Positions 12,145 through 24,904 of a stretch of 64,000 nt of DNA are shown here, piece by piece. Location: positions 12,958,001 through 13,022,000 of the forward strand of contig OZ038378.1 of assembly GCA_964036045.1 (NCBI GenBank), written 5' to 3'. Both the position numbers and the translations under genes were made by a program. This stretch comes from Eutreptiella sp. 'Long Island Sound 2002'. Its lineage: Eukaryota; Protista; Euglenida. The notes beneath the pieces are model-generated. The model made no database searches, was not told the DNA's origin, and saw nothing but the letters and a program-made list of their open reading frames with translations. Every line of letters begins with the position of its first letter. Position 1 is the stretch's first letter.

Positions 12145-12305
12145 CTAACTCTAACCCTAGCCTAGGATTAGAGCTAGGGTTAGGGTTCGGGCTAGGGTTA
12201 GTGTTAGTGTTAGGGTTAGGGTTAAGACTAGGGTTTGGGTTAGGGCTAGGGTTAAGACTAGGCTTAGGGTTGGGGTGGGCGTTCGGGTCAGGGTTGGGTT
12301 TAAGG
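12145..12305 (+). repeat. Degenerate interstitial telomere-like (TTAGGG-type) repeats; C-strand repeats at ~12006-12028
   Basis: GGGTTAGGGTTCGGGCTAGGGTTAGTGTTAGTGTTAGGGTTAGGGTTAAG...; CCCTAAACCTAACCCTAACC lies just upstream. Confidence 0.85.
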
Positions 12306-12374
12306 ATAGTGTTGGGGTGCAAAGTGGAAAAAAATTCTATTGCCTCCGGCAAGGCACCTCAAAGAGGGAGACAC

Positions 12375-13160
12375 GGCCATTTTGGGGCTTTTGGGGGGCT
12401 TATGGCGCGGGCTACGTGGGTCTAGCAGCTACTACGTGGCTCCCTATGGGTGCTCAAGTACCCGTATTGTCACCAAATGATCACCCAAACCCCTTCCAGG
12501 GGCGACAGAAGGGTTTCGGAAAAGGTCGCATTTTGAAAAATTTTCAGGAGCCACTGAACAACCTAAACAAGGGCAATTTTGGGGCTTTTGGGGGGCCCAT
12601 GGCGCGGGCTACATGGGCTTGGCGTCTACTAAGTGGGTCCCTGTGGGTGCTCAAGTACCTGTATTGTCACCAAATGATCACCCAAACCCATCCCAAGGGC
12701 GACAAAAGGGTTTCGGAAAAAGTCGAACTTTGAAAAACTTTCAAGAGCCAATGAACAACCTAAACAACAGCAATTTTGGGGCTTTTGGGGGGCCTATGGC
12801 GCAGGCTACATGGACCTAGCGGCTACTACGTGGGTCCTTGTGGGTGCTCAAGTATCCGTATTGTCACCAAATGATCACCCAAACCCATCCCAGGGGCGAG
12901 AGAAGGGTTTGGGAAAATGCCGAATTTTCGAAAATTTTGTAGGTGCCACTAAACAACCTAAACAACAGCAATTTTGGGGCTTTTGGGGGGCCTATGGCGC
13001 AGGCTACATGGGCCTAGCGGCTACTACGTGGGTCCCTAAAGGTGCTCAAGTACCTGTATTGTCACCAAATGATCACCCAAACTCATCCCAGGGGTGGCAG
13101 ACAGGTTTCGGAAAAAGTCGAATTTTCAAACACTTTTAGGTGCCACCAAACAACCTAGGT
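12375..13160. repeat. 197-bp tandem repeat, ~4 copies
   Basis: TTTTGGGGCTTTTGGGGGG recurs at ~12380, 12577, 12774 and 12972, with shared GTATTGTCACCAAATGATCACCCAAAC. Confidence 0.95.
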
Positions 13161-14092
13161 ACCGGCCTCAGGAGTCCACGGGCACCCAAGGCGCCCGAAG
13201 GAAATCACCTCGAAGAGGGTTGTTAGATTAAGCGCAGGCGCAAACGCCATATACCCCCCTTTTGGGGGGTCATTCGCGTAGGATACCCCAAGGTATGGTA
13301 TTGGATGTCTAACCCCCTGTAAAATCATCATTTTAGGAGAGAAAACGATCCCCTGATGAATTTTTCGATTTTGACCCCCTCACCCCCCCGTACCCGGGTA
13401 CCCCCTTTTGGTTGGGGGGGGGGGGGTTGGGTCTTGGCTCGCACCAAAGGCGGTGCCCCATGGCCAGTGTGACCTTACGTCACTGGCTCAACTGGGTTCC
13501 ACCTTGGCTATCTGGTCTCACAGCCACCCAGACTGCGAACCTCACCAAGGCGCTGGTGAGAGGGAGATACCGCTGTGCCTGTGTGTATGCCGCATGCACC
13601 CCAGGGCTTGTGGGGGTTCACGGCACTGGGTCAGGGCACAGTATCGGGCTGTGTTCCTCCTGTTGGCATGTGTGGGGTGGGGTTGTGTGTGCCCGGTGCT
13701 GCGGGCCCCAACAGTGGGGCGTGGGTGCCCTACCACAAGGTTGCTGGGGGAGTATGTGGGCCAGGTGACCTGCGGCTTCCTCCAGCCCACGATTGAACCC
13801 CAGAGGGGCACACGGGGCTTGTGATCTGAGGCGCTTCTTGACTGACCCAGAGGGTCACAGCTGGCGCCACACACTAGGTGGCGCTACACACTGTGGATGG
13901 GAGGTTCCGGGGTGTGCAGAGCACTTCCCTGCCCCGGAAGCGCTCGGGGGGCGGAGCCTCCAATGAGCCCGCTACGCCTTGGTCACCACTGACGGGACGG
14001 GGCCCTGAGGGCTACACCCCTCTTTTAGGGGGGTGGGGGGTGGGGGGTGGGGGGTCAAAACTTCTTTGCCTATTGTGGCCGCTGTGTGTGCA

Positions 14093-14165
14093 TTCGGACC
14101 CCGGTCCCGGTTAGGGGTTCCTGTATATGGAACCCCTAACCCATGGCGCTAGTCCCGGGTCCGAA
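14093..14165. other. Nested hairpin: perfect 13-bp inner stem plus 9-bp outer stem
   Basis: GGTTAGGGGTTCC (14109-14121) pairs with GGAACCCCTAACC (14129-14141); outer TTCGGACCC pairs with GGGTCCGAA. Confidence 0.85.
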
Positions 14166-17015
14166 CTCCGGGTACCCTTAGTCACCCCTCCCCCATATTT
14201 GACAACTGGCTGTTGGCCGGAGGCCGCTTGGGGGGGGTGTTAGTTGGCCCCTAGGACCCGCGGAGTCGGCCCCCCCGGGGTGTGTCCGAGGCGATCAACG
14301 CCTAACATCTCCGCTATTGAGCAGAGTTGCAGAACGGTGATGCCCCGGCGCAGTCCCCCGTGATATTGAAATTGCCCCGTGTCCCCTCGAACTGACCGGT
14401 CATTGCCGTCATAACGCCCCGTGGCTCCGGTACTGAGTGGCCCGCCGCATGCGCCACCCTTTCGCACAGGGCCAACCGGCATCACAAGGGCCCGCACTGC
14501 CAGTGCAGTCCCCATGACATCCACCGGAGACCTTGCGGCCAGAGCCCCACCTCTGCTGCAGGGAGTGCCAATAGCCACCGCAGCCCCAAACGAAAGACGG
14601 AGGCGACGTGGTCCCTGAAGCCCCGCCCCTCACAGCGCGTGGCCCCATCACGGCCCACTGCACAGCTTGTGCTCGAGACTGTACATGCACACCGGCGTGT
14701 GTGGGCCCAACGGTCGACGCTGTAGCCCCAGCACAGAGTCCAGGTGCTGTGGCACGCTCGTCAGGGGCTGGTCCGCTCGATGCCCCCCTCCAGCCCCTCC
14801 CACACGCTCCTGTCCCCCGGTGCGCTGGGCTTCACATGCACAGGCCATTTGCAGTGCGAGGGACATGGGGGCACTTCGTGCGGTCCGCGCAGCAAGCGAC
14901 CGCATCCTTCACCACCGCCACGCGGGAGGGGGGCGCTGGACACTGCGCGTTGCGTAGACAGCGGGTTGTGGTGGTGTTCTGTGTGGAGATAGAGGGGCAC
15001 AGGCACTGTGTACAAGTGCAGCTGTTTTGTCCGATGTGGTGAGGTCTTGTGCTCCATGATGAGCACCCCCCCGCCCCCCCCTCCAGTCACCCGTTCTTCC
15101 CTTCGCATGTTGCATCAGGTCGCTGCTTTCTGTCGGCCGCTGCGGCCAGTGCTCTTGCTAGTGTCGTTTCCGCGTTCGCGGAGCCCCGTAGTTGGTGTGT
15201 TGGGGCTGTGCTGAATGTGGCATGGTGTGCCGTTTGCGCGTCAGCGGCGCCCAATAGTTGGCGTATTGAGGATGTGCTGGTTGTTGCCGGGGTCGTTTGA
15301 CTGTTTTTTGCTGTCCACGCCCCTCTGTCCACAGGCCGTCCATAGCCTGCCTCGCTGTGTTTCTGTGTGCACAATACCTGTGTTTTAGGGCCACTTACCA
15401 AAATGACCCAAATTGGTAAGTGGCCCAAAAACGCAATAAAAATTTGCCAAAGAGGTGGGGCCTCTGGAGATGCAATTGGGCCGGCTGGTCCTCCTGGCCC
15501 CCCGGGAGGAACGGTCACCAGACCCCCCCCCCTCCCCGCGCGAGGACCCAAACCGGACCTTTCCCCTACAACCCCATTGTGGTCAGAGGAAAAGTTGTCT
15601 TCGGCGCCTTTGGCACCATTGACTTTGAGGCAAGTCCCCCCCCCCCCTGAGGGGGCATCGGGGTATCACACTACACAAAGAGTGACACAGACCTGCACAC
15701 CTCTGGGTTGTCCACAGACAGTGTCGTATCAAAACACATGGCAAGTGACAAGGACGTCACAAGCTTCTGGCCCTTTGCTTGTGGTGCTTTGGGTGGTGGT
15801 TTTAGGGCTGGTTCCGGTGCAGCCTCCTCAATCAGGGTGAGTGGCAAAGCCCCCCCTCTTTTGGGGGGTGGGTCTGGGATTGCCAACAGTGGCAGAACGA
15901 TCGTCCAGGCTGCGCCTCTTCACAAGGAGTTAATTAGAAGGCCACGAGAAGCAAATGGTGAATCATGGCCCTTGATAATGATTCCATTACTTGTGAATTC
16001 TTTATTTGTGTTTATTCTCTTGATACACTTTTTTGACACACGCCACTTCGGATTGGATGGATTGTGGTGTCAGAGCGGCAATGTCGATTCGCTTCAAAAC
16101 CCTGAAAAAGCCGGGCTCCATTTTGCCCCTTCACAAAAAGATAGCACAAAGAGAAACAAGCGCTGAGGCGCTATCATCACAGGTTCCTGTAAATTGCCAC
16201 CTCAGCCACATCGGCTCACTGCCATGTTGAAGCAGTCATGGGCGGCCATGCCTCCGAGGGGCACAATGATACCAGCTGAAAAATGTCCCAACCAGTTGCT
16301 GGGATCGTTCGCAGGGCGTGTTTTTGGCAGGTTCCTGGTGAGGTAGCCTATTTACTTGCTGGGTGTGACGCAGTCTGCCACAGGCTTGGACCTTGCAGCA
16401 TGCGTCGAGGAAGGGTCAACCAACCTTTCCAAGACGCCTTGGAAAAATGGGAGATGGAAAAATGGGGGAAATTGGGGGAAAATGGGGGAAAATGGGGGGA
16501 AATGGGGCTTGTGCTTGTGCTTGTGTCTCGCCAGTCGCAGCAGGCGGATCACCGCCAGCCCCGCCGACCTGCTCACACACGGCGCGGGAAAATGGGGGGA
16601 AATGGGGGGAAATGGGGGGAAATGTGGAAAAATGCGGTGGAAGTGGGGATTCCTCATACGATCACTATAAAAATTCTATGGACACTCTCTACAAGTGGCA
16701 GAAAAATGGCGAAAAACCGGGGGGTAATGAGAGAAAAATGGGAGAAAAACGCGACGAGATACCCATGTTCCCCAATCCCATTTTCCCCATTTTTCCGGAG
16801 GCCGCAGACCTTCCCATTAATTCCCTTTACAAAACTAAGTATCTGGTTTCCGGATGGGAAAATGGGGGAAATCGAAAGTATCCATGGGTATCCGAAAATT
16901 CGGGTACCTCGGAGGCTTGCCTCACGCCTCACCAAAAGCATGTCGCATCGCGCCGCAGCCGACTGAGACTCACAATGCGACAGAGCGAAGCGGCAGCGCA
17001 CGGGCAATGGCATAC

Positions 17016-19125
17016 CGCGGCCTCGTCCGCGCACAGCCTCGCGTCGGTGGCGTCGGTGGCGCGTCGGGCCTCGTACCGCAGGCGGGCGACGAGAGCCCGG
17101 GAGCGGGCGGCGCGGGCGGCGGTCTGGATGGCGGTGGCGTTGTGGACCTGCAGCAGGTCACGGACATCGTCTTTGGAGCCTTGCACGACCGGGGCCATTT
17201 GGTGGATGGTGACGATAAGACTGGGCGATGCGACACCAGCGAAATGAGGCACGAAAAAAGGGGAGGTGAGGTGAGGTGAGGTGAGGGATGTGCTTGAACG
17301 GAGGGAAAGCGGGGGGGGGGGGCTGGACCCTGGGGCGTCTGAGAAAAAGTACAGAGGGGCACTACCCTCTAGCGCTTTGGTCTAGGAAGCTAACCCCTCG
17401 CCAGCAACCATGGTCCCTCCGTGAGCAGGAGACCTATGCAGTTGTGTGTGCTATAAAAAAGTGCCAAAATTGGGTTGGTACAAATGGGGTTGAGGTTTTT
17501 TTAACCGACAGAGCACATTGACACAATTTCAGGTCCAGCAGGTGGGGCGGGGGGACCCTCGTGGTTGGAAATCATGCTTTTTGGGGCACCAGCATGTGAG
17601 CGAGACATGCAGTTGTTGACAGCTGAAATGGCCAAGCGCAAACGAAGTTCAGTGATGTGTCGCATACGGATTGAGTATTACCGAAATTACCTAACGTCCA
17701 ACTTAGCCAGAGGATGCCAGGAGAGCCAGAGGATGAGCTCCCTGAAGATGAAGAACAGGAAGATGACGACGAGCTTTCGCCACCATTGGCGCCGCAGGCG
17801 CGAGAGCAATTGTTTTTCTAAGATCAGTACCGTCTGAGCATCGGACGACTTAGAAGGGGAGGAGGGGCGGGAGGGGGCCTCAAAAGGTCAGGTGTAGACC
17901 CGCCACTTGCTCCAGCCGCGCCTGCCTTCACACGGCCCTCATTGCCTTCTCAGTTGCGGTCGTGTGTGCAATTGGCCAGTAAATGTTCCATTGGCCCATT
18001 GTGCTGCTCCCTATCCTCCCTGGCTTGGGCAAGAGACACGGGCATCTTGGTTCAGGGCTTTAGCGCCGGGCACCAAGCGGGACGGGGGGGGGGGGGGTTG
18101 GACCTGGGGTCATGCATGTATTAGAAGAGGCGAAGGGGGTGAGGGGGTCCGGAACCCAAAGGTTTGTGCACCAACAATCGCCCAAATCAATATTTCCCTT
18201 TGTTAATTTCATTTTTTCCACTACAACATCTGGGTCTGGGGGGGGCTTCTCCTGTGGTCGTCAGCCGTTCCAATACATCCTTGGGGACCCCCATCCTTCC
18301 AACTTTCCCGTTCCAGCATATCCCTGGGTGAAGTTGCCTGGGGGATACCCGGATGCCAGCGTCAGGATACCCTTTGTCCCTTGTACCGCCCTGACCGGCT
18401 CGCCTGGTCACGGACACCCTACCGTCCAGGGCGGTGCGCTCCTACTTATACCCCCTGCCCCGCCCCACCCCCCCCCCCTGGAACGCATGGGGGGGTAGGG
18501 GTGAAGGGGAGCATTGCCGTGGCCTCTGCTGTACTTCAGGTGCTGCATTGGCAAAAGACTGTCTGCGCACACAACAGCGGCAACATCCGGCCCAGTGCAT
18601 CGTTCTCTTCGTGGAGGTCGGGCCTGCGCCCGACGTGTACACCGGATCTTCACTGCCCTGCTGGCAGCCCTCAGTTTCTGTTTTTTTTTTGACTGTCCGG
18701 TACCATCGATAACTGTTCGAGATTGTTCCGGAGCTTCAGACCCAAAGTCTGAGACAACACATTGTGGGCCCTACCACCCACCCGCCATCCTCACACAGAG
18801 GGGGCGTGAGGTTACGGTGTTAATCGACCTCCGGGGCACTTGTGTAAGTGCTGAGGTGCTGGGGTGAGAGGCTCCTGTGGCGGTGCGAGGGGAAGAGTCA
18901 CGGCATTACGACTGCCGTAGGTCCATGGACTCAGAATGGGGGGACGGCGGACCTGCCCACGTCGGCATAGCGGTCATCAGTGGTGCGAACCTCGTACTTG
19001 CTTTCGCTGAGCTCGCGCTCCACGACCCCCAAAAGCCAGGAGTGCTCGGGGTGCCGGAAGAAACATGGCTTGCCCTCTTGGAAGGTCTCGTCGGAGGCCT
19101 TGCATTGTGACACGGAGAAAGACAT
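17016..19125 (-). CDS. Myosin-N-terminal-SH3-like + IQ-motif protein; exons 18953-19125 and 17016-17220; short 3' exons near 16350-16570 unresolved
   Basis: Exon 1 GKPCFFRHPEHSWLLGVVERELSESKYEVRTTDDRYADVG resembles the myosin SH3-like N-terminus. A phase-2 join (AG|GT...CAG|T) gives SLIVTIHQMAPVVQGSKDDVRDLLQVHNATAIQTAARAARSRALVARLRYEARR, containing DDVxDLL and an IQxxxR motif. High GC3. Confidence 0.62.
17330..17850 (+). mobile_element. Degenerate Ty3/Gypsy LTR-retrotransposon RNase H fragment in an intron
   Basis: HYPLALWSRKLTPRQQPWSLREQETYAVVCAIKKCQNWVGTNGVEVFLTD matches the Gypsy consensus PVAFxSRKLxxxxxxYSxxEkELLAIVxALKKW...TDH; frameshifts follow. Confidence 0.82.
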
Positions 19126-21061
19126 GTCACAGGAGTCTGTGCAAAGGAGGGCGTGTTGTCAGCAGGGATTGAAGCAGAAGGCCCGTGCTCGTGACCTGCA
19201 CCGGACCGTTTCACTCGCACCCTAAGGGGGCGTTTCTGCACAGCGCAGGCACAGCGAGCGCACAGCGCCCAATTGTAAGTAAGCTTTCCCATGACCACCC
19301 TGAAAACCACCCACCACCGGGAGAGATGCGTCCACAAGGCAAAAACAGCAGATTTAGACAGCAATCTGGCATTTTTAGTGGGAAATATAGCTTGTTTTAA
19401 CTCACTATCTGAGTTTTTGGACTGAGTAAGAATCTGAGTAGTCCTGTGTATGGGAACACAATAGTTACTGTCTCACCTTGGCCATCAGCGAAAATGGGTC
19501 CAAAATAGCCTAATTTTGCACAGCGCACGGTGCGCCCCCTAAGCACGGATCGCTCTGCTCGACCACCATACGAAGAAGACACAGATGACGGTGCACCGCT
19601 TGGGGCCGGCGTTGTCGGGGCAGAGATGCAGACAACCGGCCCAGGCGCCCAACGGCGCCTTTGCTCAGACATTATTTCTCATTCCCCGGACCAACTTTGC
19701 ACTTGTTAGGAGTTTGCGTGATTGTTGACATTGGTGAGACAAGCAGGCTGCCGACCATCGGAAATGTGCAATGCCAACATAAGACCGCAACGCACAGAGG
19801 ATTAGGGTGCATACAAGACCAACAGCACATTGGTGAAGCACACAACTTAGTAGCAAACTTGGTAGCCAGGGTACTAGGGGTAAAAACCGACAATTTGCTT
19901 GGTACCCTTGGTAGTGAGGGCACTAAGGGTACTGACGGTTCCCTTTCCATGGGTCTGGAATCCTGTCATCTCCGGAAACATCAACTTCTGCGGGCCTGAG
20001 GCCCTACCACTGCCGAGAACGTCAACCTCCATTGGCCTGGGGCTTGCTGCCGCTGAGACCACTGACTTCCGTGGGCCTGGAGTTCATCAACTTCCGAGGG
20101 CCAAGAGCCATGCCACCGCCAAATGCAGCGCCATCCTGAAGCCTGGAGCCTTGTCGGCACCGGGTACATCAATCAGCATTGGGGGATGTTGTCACACGGT
20201 GCGGCACCGTTTTGATGTTTCCAGAGATTTTACATGCTGAAGAGGCCCTCTCAAAACCACTATGGCAGGTGTTCCTAGAGGCTTTTGGATGGTTCCTAGA
20301 GGCACCTGGATGGTTCCCGTTACGTCTTGGTAGGGATCTGTGGGAGGTTTGGGCACCACCACCAGTTCCAAATTCATTGACATGTGAGCTGTTGACAAAT
20401 GGAGATAACAGATTGCAATGTGAAACTTTTGTTCATATGCATTCATCCATCATGCCCAATTCCCAAAAAAATATTGCCCGAAAGAGTGTCTCACCTGTAC
20501 GCACAAATAGGATCACCCAACTGTTGCATTCAGTGCTCACTGCCCACTTTTGAGGAATGTTTAGTGTTACCAGAATTTGTGTGCACACCAGGCTGACGTT
20601 GCATTGCGCGCTGCACCACGCACACCGCGCACGCGGCCCCCTCCAGGACAAAGACATAGAAAATCCGAGCTGAGGGACAACAAACATGACCATTACAGGG
20701 GGGGGGGGGGGTTTGCCAGGGGACAATTTCGAAGGGGATCATTTCGCCGGGGGGAAAATTTTGCCACCTCCAGGAATCCTGAAGCTTGTTGTCATTTACC
20801 GGTAGGCTCTAGATGGTTCCTGATATTTCCTGGTGGGCTCTGGATTTTTTACCAGGAATCATGAGGTCACACAACAGCAAAACTGAGGTGGCAGTCTATT
20901 TATACCAATCGATGGCCATCCACTGTCAAAACCTTGGGCATCACGGCATTCCAATGCATTCCGGTCACAACCAATGCATGTTGCAAACAAATGCATCTTT
21001 GCCCCTTCCCTCTGCGTGGTACACCGCTGCACATGTCTGAATTCACGGTACTCACCTGCCA

Positions 21062-21160
21062 CATGCCACAAAAATTTCGCCGGGGGGGAAATTTCGCCAC
21101 TTTTCTTAATGGCGAAATTTTCCCCGCGAAATTCTCCCCTCCCGAAGTCCCCCCCCCCCA
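21062..21160. mobile_element. Short MITE-like hairpin family (GAAATTTCGCC); related copies at 20696-20790 and 46085-46305
   Basis: AAATTTCGCCA (21089-21099) pairs with TGGCGAAATTT (21110-21120); the same motifs, flanked by G/C homopolymers, occur at the other two sites. Confidence 0.65.
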
Positions 21161-22735
21161 ATGTACGGACACAACAACATGCCAAAATAGGTGGTAGAAG
21201 GTATGATGCAGCTGCAGGCCCATGACGCATCGCCGAGAGAGGTCATGGAGGCAAAAACCGCCGCACTGGTCCAGGCAGAAGGAGCCATGTAAACAGCACG
21301 AAAACCTTGCACAGTGCGCGCACGGTGCGTGCAACATCCTCGTGGACGTGGAGCTGGGTTTTTGCCGAGCAAATCTGCCTCATGGACAAGGGGCCTGTCA
21401 CGGGGAAATTATCTGTGGGCCTGGGCCTGTCTTCCTCGACCACATCAACATCCGAGGGTGTGGGGCCCTGCCACTGCTGGAAACATCAACTCCCATTGCC
21501 CAATTGTTGCTGAATATGTCCACATCCGTGTGCCTAGGGTCCAATCGCTGCCAATGACGTCAACCAACCCCCTGTCTAACCGCCGCTAAGGTCCCTTCCC
21601 TTCCAATGCATCCCTGCCCCCCACCCCACCCCCGCCCTTTGTCCAGCCGTTCATTTACCTGGAGTGCCACTTGCTAGCCCTTCTCAAGGGTGCCTTTGTG
21701 TTCATGCATGTGTGCCCGGCCATGCCTTGGGCAGCAAAAAGCGGTTGCATCACAACACGTGCAGCACCATACAGCAGTTCCAAACGGCGGTGGTTTTTTT
21801 GTAACCCCTCTCCTCTCCTCTCGGTATGTGTGTCGTGTCCACAATGGCTAGGCCACACTGGACTCCAGTTTCGTTTTCTTGCTTTGGTTTTTTTCCCTCT
21901 TTTGTGCACCCAGACTGCAAAGCATCTTGTGTTGGGGGGGGGGGGGGGGGCTCAAGTTAAGAATGCATAGTGGAGGTGTGTGAATTGGGTTTTTGGCAAA
22001 CACTCTGAACATAGATGTCGATAACAGATCTGGTCCATCTGGAAGGAAAAAAGATCCTATTTGCCTTGGAGCAGTGGCCCAAGCATGAGACCCATTCAGG
22101 GGCCACACGACCCAGCATCCTCCAGTGCAAGGGTTCCAAACGAACAAGAGAGGAAGTAGTGCAGAATCTGCAAGCCCGGACGTTTGGCCCACACAAACTC
22201 TGAAATCTGAGTTGGTAGGCAGAAAAGGGTGCTGATCATCGATCCACAAAATAAACCATAAACCGCCCATTCATCAACTCCCCATCAAGGTGGACACAAG
22301 CAGGGACCCTCGGGATCATCCTGCTCTAACTCACACTCTCCTTTATCTTTGTTGCCACCCTTATCTATTTTGACCTGCCAAGTGAAGCCCCCCCCCCCCC
22401 CCCGTGTTCAATTGACCTGTGGCAGACCACAACACATACAAAAGTCCATGCACCACAACCCCTGTCCCAGAAAGGTCCGGCACTACACTCAGGATATCTG
22501 ACACAATAAATGTTTTGTTCCGGCTCAAGAAGAGCATGACACATGTTGCTCAAACACAAAGCACGGACCGAAAATCTTGGCATGATTGAAAGCAACACCA
22601 AGAATTGACCGGAGCATTTGGCGGGGAACATGCCAGTCAAACGCTAACAAGTCCCGTACCTTTGTGCCCAGATTCTACCGGAGCAACACACCAGAAATTC
22701 CCGGAGACATTTGCTACCACTTTCTGGTGCCCGAG

Positions 22736-22860
22736 CTTCTGGCATCGCTAGGGATGTCCAGAAATCGGAAGCATTTTCGGGACCGATTTTGGGAGCCCGG
22801 GCCTCCAGCATCGCTAGGGATGCCCAGACATCGGAAGTGTTTTTGGCACCGATTTTCGTT
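22736..22860. repeat. ~65-bp imperfect direct duplication
   Basis: GCATCGCTAGGGATG(T/C)CCAGA(A/C)ATCGGAAG occurs twice, 65 bp apart. Confidence 0.8.
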
Positions 22861-23237
22861 GCAGACCTGACGATCTTGGTGTCGCAATCCGTGGGGTTGT
22901 GAAAGTTTTGTGACGCCGCCCCCTGTCCCCCCCCCCCAGCCCTCACTGTAGAAGACAAAAGAAAGGGTGCAATACATGCAGCATGTACAAGGCTCCGCCA
23001 CTCCCCAAAGGGAACCTGCCCCGGCTACCAAGGCCACGTGTGGCCTATCACATGTCTCCGATTGTGGGACAGACTCACAGAGCGCCGGGTTCCCCCCCGC
23101 CCCACCCCCTAGTTAGCCCCATAAACCCATCGGGGGAAGCAGTCCAATCGAAACTTGGACCATGTAACTGTCCTGGAATGGTTTAGGAACAGGTACAGGT
23201 ACGGGTAAGGTTAGGGTTAGGTTGCCTCAATCAGAGC

Positions 23238-23700
23238 AGGGCAGTGCTGCATGTTTTGGCCCGCAAAAAGGCGGATGCTAAGGTTGTGGTAATTATTGAT
23301 TCTGAGTATGTGTATGACGGGCTCACGAAACACATTTTGCGTTGGGAGCGTGATGGCTGGCGCACTGGGTCAGGTCCGGTAGCGCACAGTGATTTGTGGG
23401 CACAGCTCTTGGCCCAGTTACGCTCCCTGCCCTCAGCCTTGTTATTAGACTGGGGTTCATCAACCAGAACATGCGTAGCAAGATTACTCGGGCGAAGGTC
23501 ACCATAAAAATAGCCGTAACCCGCCTGGTCCCATCCCCCCACCCCCTTAGAAGCCCCATCTGTAAAAACTGCGGTCCATCCCGCCGACTGCAACCGATCA
23601 ACCTCCTGAAGGACCTTGGTGATTGTCGCAGAGTGGCGAGCCCTCTTGGCATCAGCCCTCTGGGACTCAGTCATAGAAAGCAATTTTCACGGGCCCTTAG
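23238..23700. mobile_element. Non-LTR retrotransposon RNase H remnant split across strands by an inversion (N-half on minus, 23432 onward; C-half on plus, 23238-23432)
   Basis: Minus: WTAVFTDGASK...AGYGYFYGD...QSNNKAE. Plus: RAVLHVLA...VVIIDSEYVYDGLTKHILRWERDGWRTGSGPVAHSDLWAQL. These are the consecutive halves of a type-I RNase H. Confidence 0.88.
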
Positions 23701-24904
23701 GGCAGTGTGCCAGTGTGCCCTTATGCCAGTGTGCCCCCAAAGCAAGGTGCCGGTGTCCTGCCAATGCCGCAGGTTGTGTAGCAGGGGCGTGATCTCAGCA
23801 CGCCGGACGGTGAGATCAGTACAACTAACCAAACTCTGGTTGCATGCGTATGAAGTAGGTACACGAACCCTATCAATGCAAGCGTGAAAGTCCAAATCTT
23901 GTGCATTTGAAGAAGCGGATGGTGGACACTAGTTCTTGACTGGTTCGCAAGAGAAATGCAACAACAGCTCTCTAAGCCACCTGGTTGTGCACTGCTGGTC
24001 CCAACCCTCCTTCAAGCTAGGACAACATGCAAGAAGGGTGAGCACTGTGCATGCAAGGGTGAGGGTAGGGGTGCATGAGGAGGAGAGCAAACAAAGACAT
24101 GAACCGGTTGCCTGACACAAAGGGTGCGACAAGATGAGGCAGAAACATGGAGTTCACTTGGCTCTAGTAGATGGATACACGTAACCAGGGTCCTATTGCA
24201 CAATTCTTAGCAGGCAATGAGGGTTATACAAGTGCAAGTATTGAGAAAATTTTTCTTGCGGCACCTGCGGCTTGCCCTACGGCACACCGTGCTGCGCGCA
24301 GTTTGGAAGACGTGCTGAATTATGGAATATTGTAGTTTCTACCTTGTTGACCTATAATCTGAAGCCCATGCGACTTGTTTTGAAGTTGTTGTTGCTTATT
24401 GAGCCGGGACTGTAGTCTTCACATTGATGGAGCGTTGGTGTCAAAAGATCAACATGCACTGTTTCTTAGTTATCAAGTATGTTTCCTCAACAGTTTGCAA
24501 CAAGCCAGGTTTCTGTAACCTTGCGGTGCACCCGCGGCGCGGAGAAAGCGATCTCATTGGCTGTTCCGCCCACCCATGAGTCCCCTAAGAGGGGAGGGAC
24601 TGTGCATAAGAGAGGAAAGGGTTGAAAGACTGGTTAGGGAGCGTTAAGCCACTACTAACATCAATGAGGACCCTCCCGGAGGGCAAAGGGGACTGTGTGA
24701 TATCTCATCAATGATGTTTGTTCAACCCCTCTTGGGCAAAACACAGCAAAAAGGGGCGGGTGTGTGTGTTTGTTGGGTCATGTGTCAATCAACGACAAAT
24801 TTTGTCGTTGCTAAAAGGCAGCCTGCATATCTCTCAGCCTGATTCAGAATGCGCCAACGTGGAGGGTGTTGCCACTTTTTGGGAAGGTTCGATGTGTGGA
24901 AGTA

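Noticed and set aside
12145-12305. Telomere-telomere fusion site
   Set aside because: Polarity is CCCTAA then TTAGGG, the reverse of a fusion signature, and the repeats are highly degenerate.
18560-18800. Extra exons of the myosin-like gene (e.g. TLGLKLRNNLEQLSM)
   Set aside because: Could not be joined in phase on both sides without stops; the direct exon join gives better myosin-like continuity.
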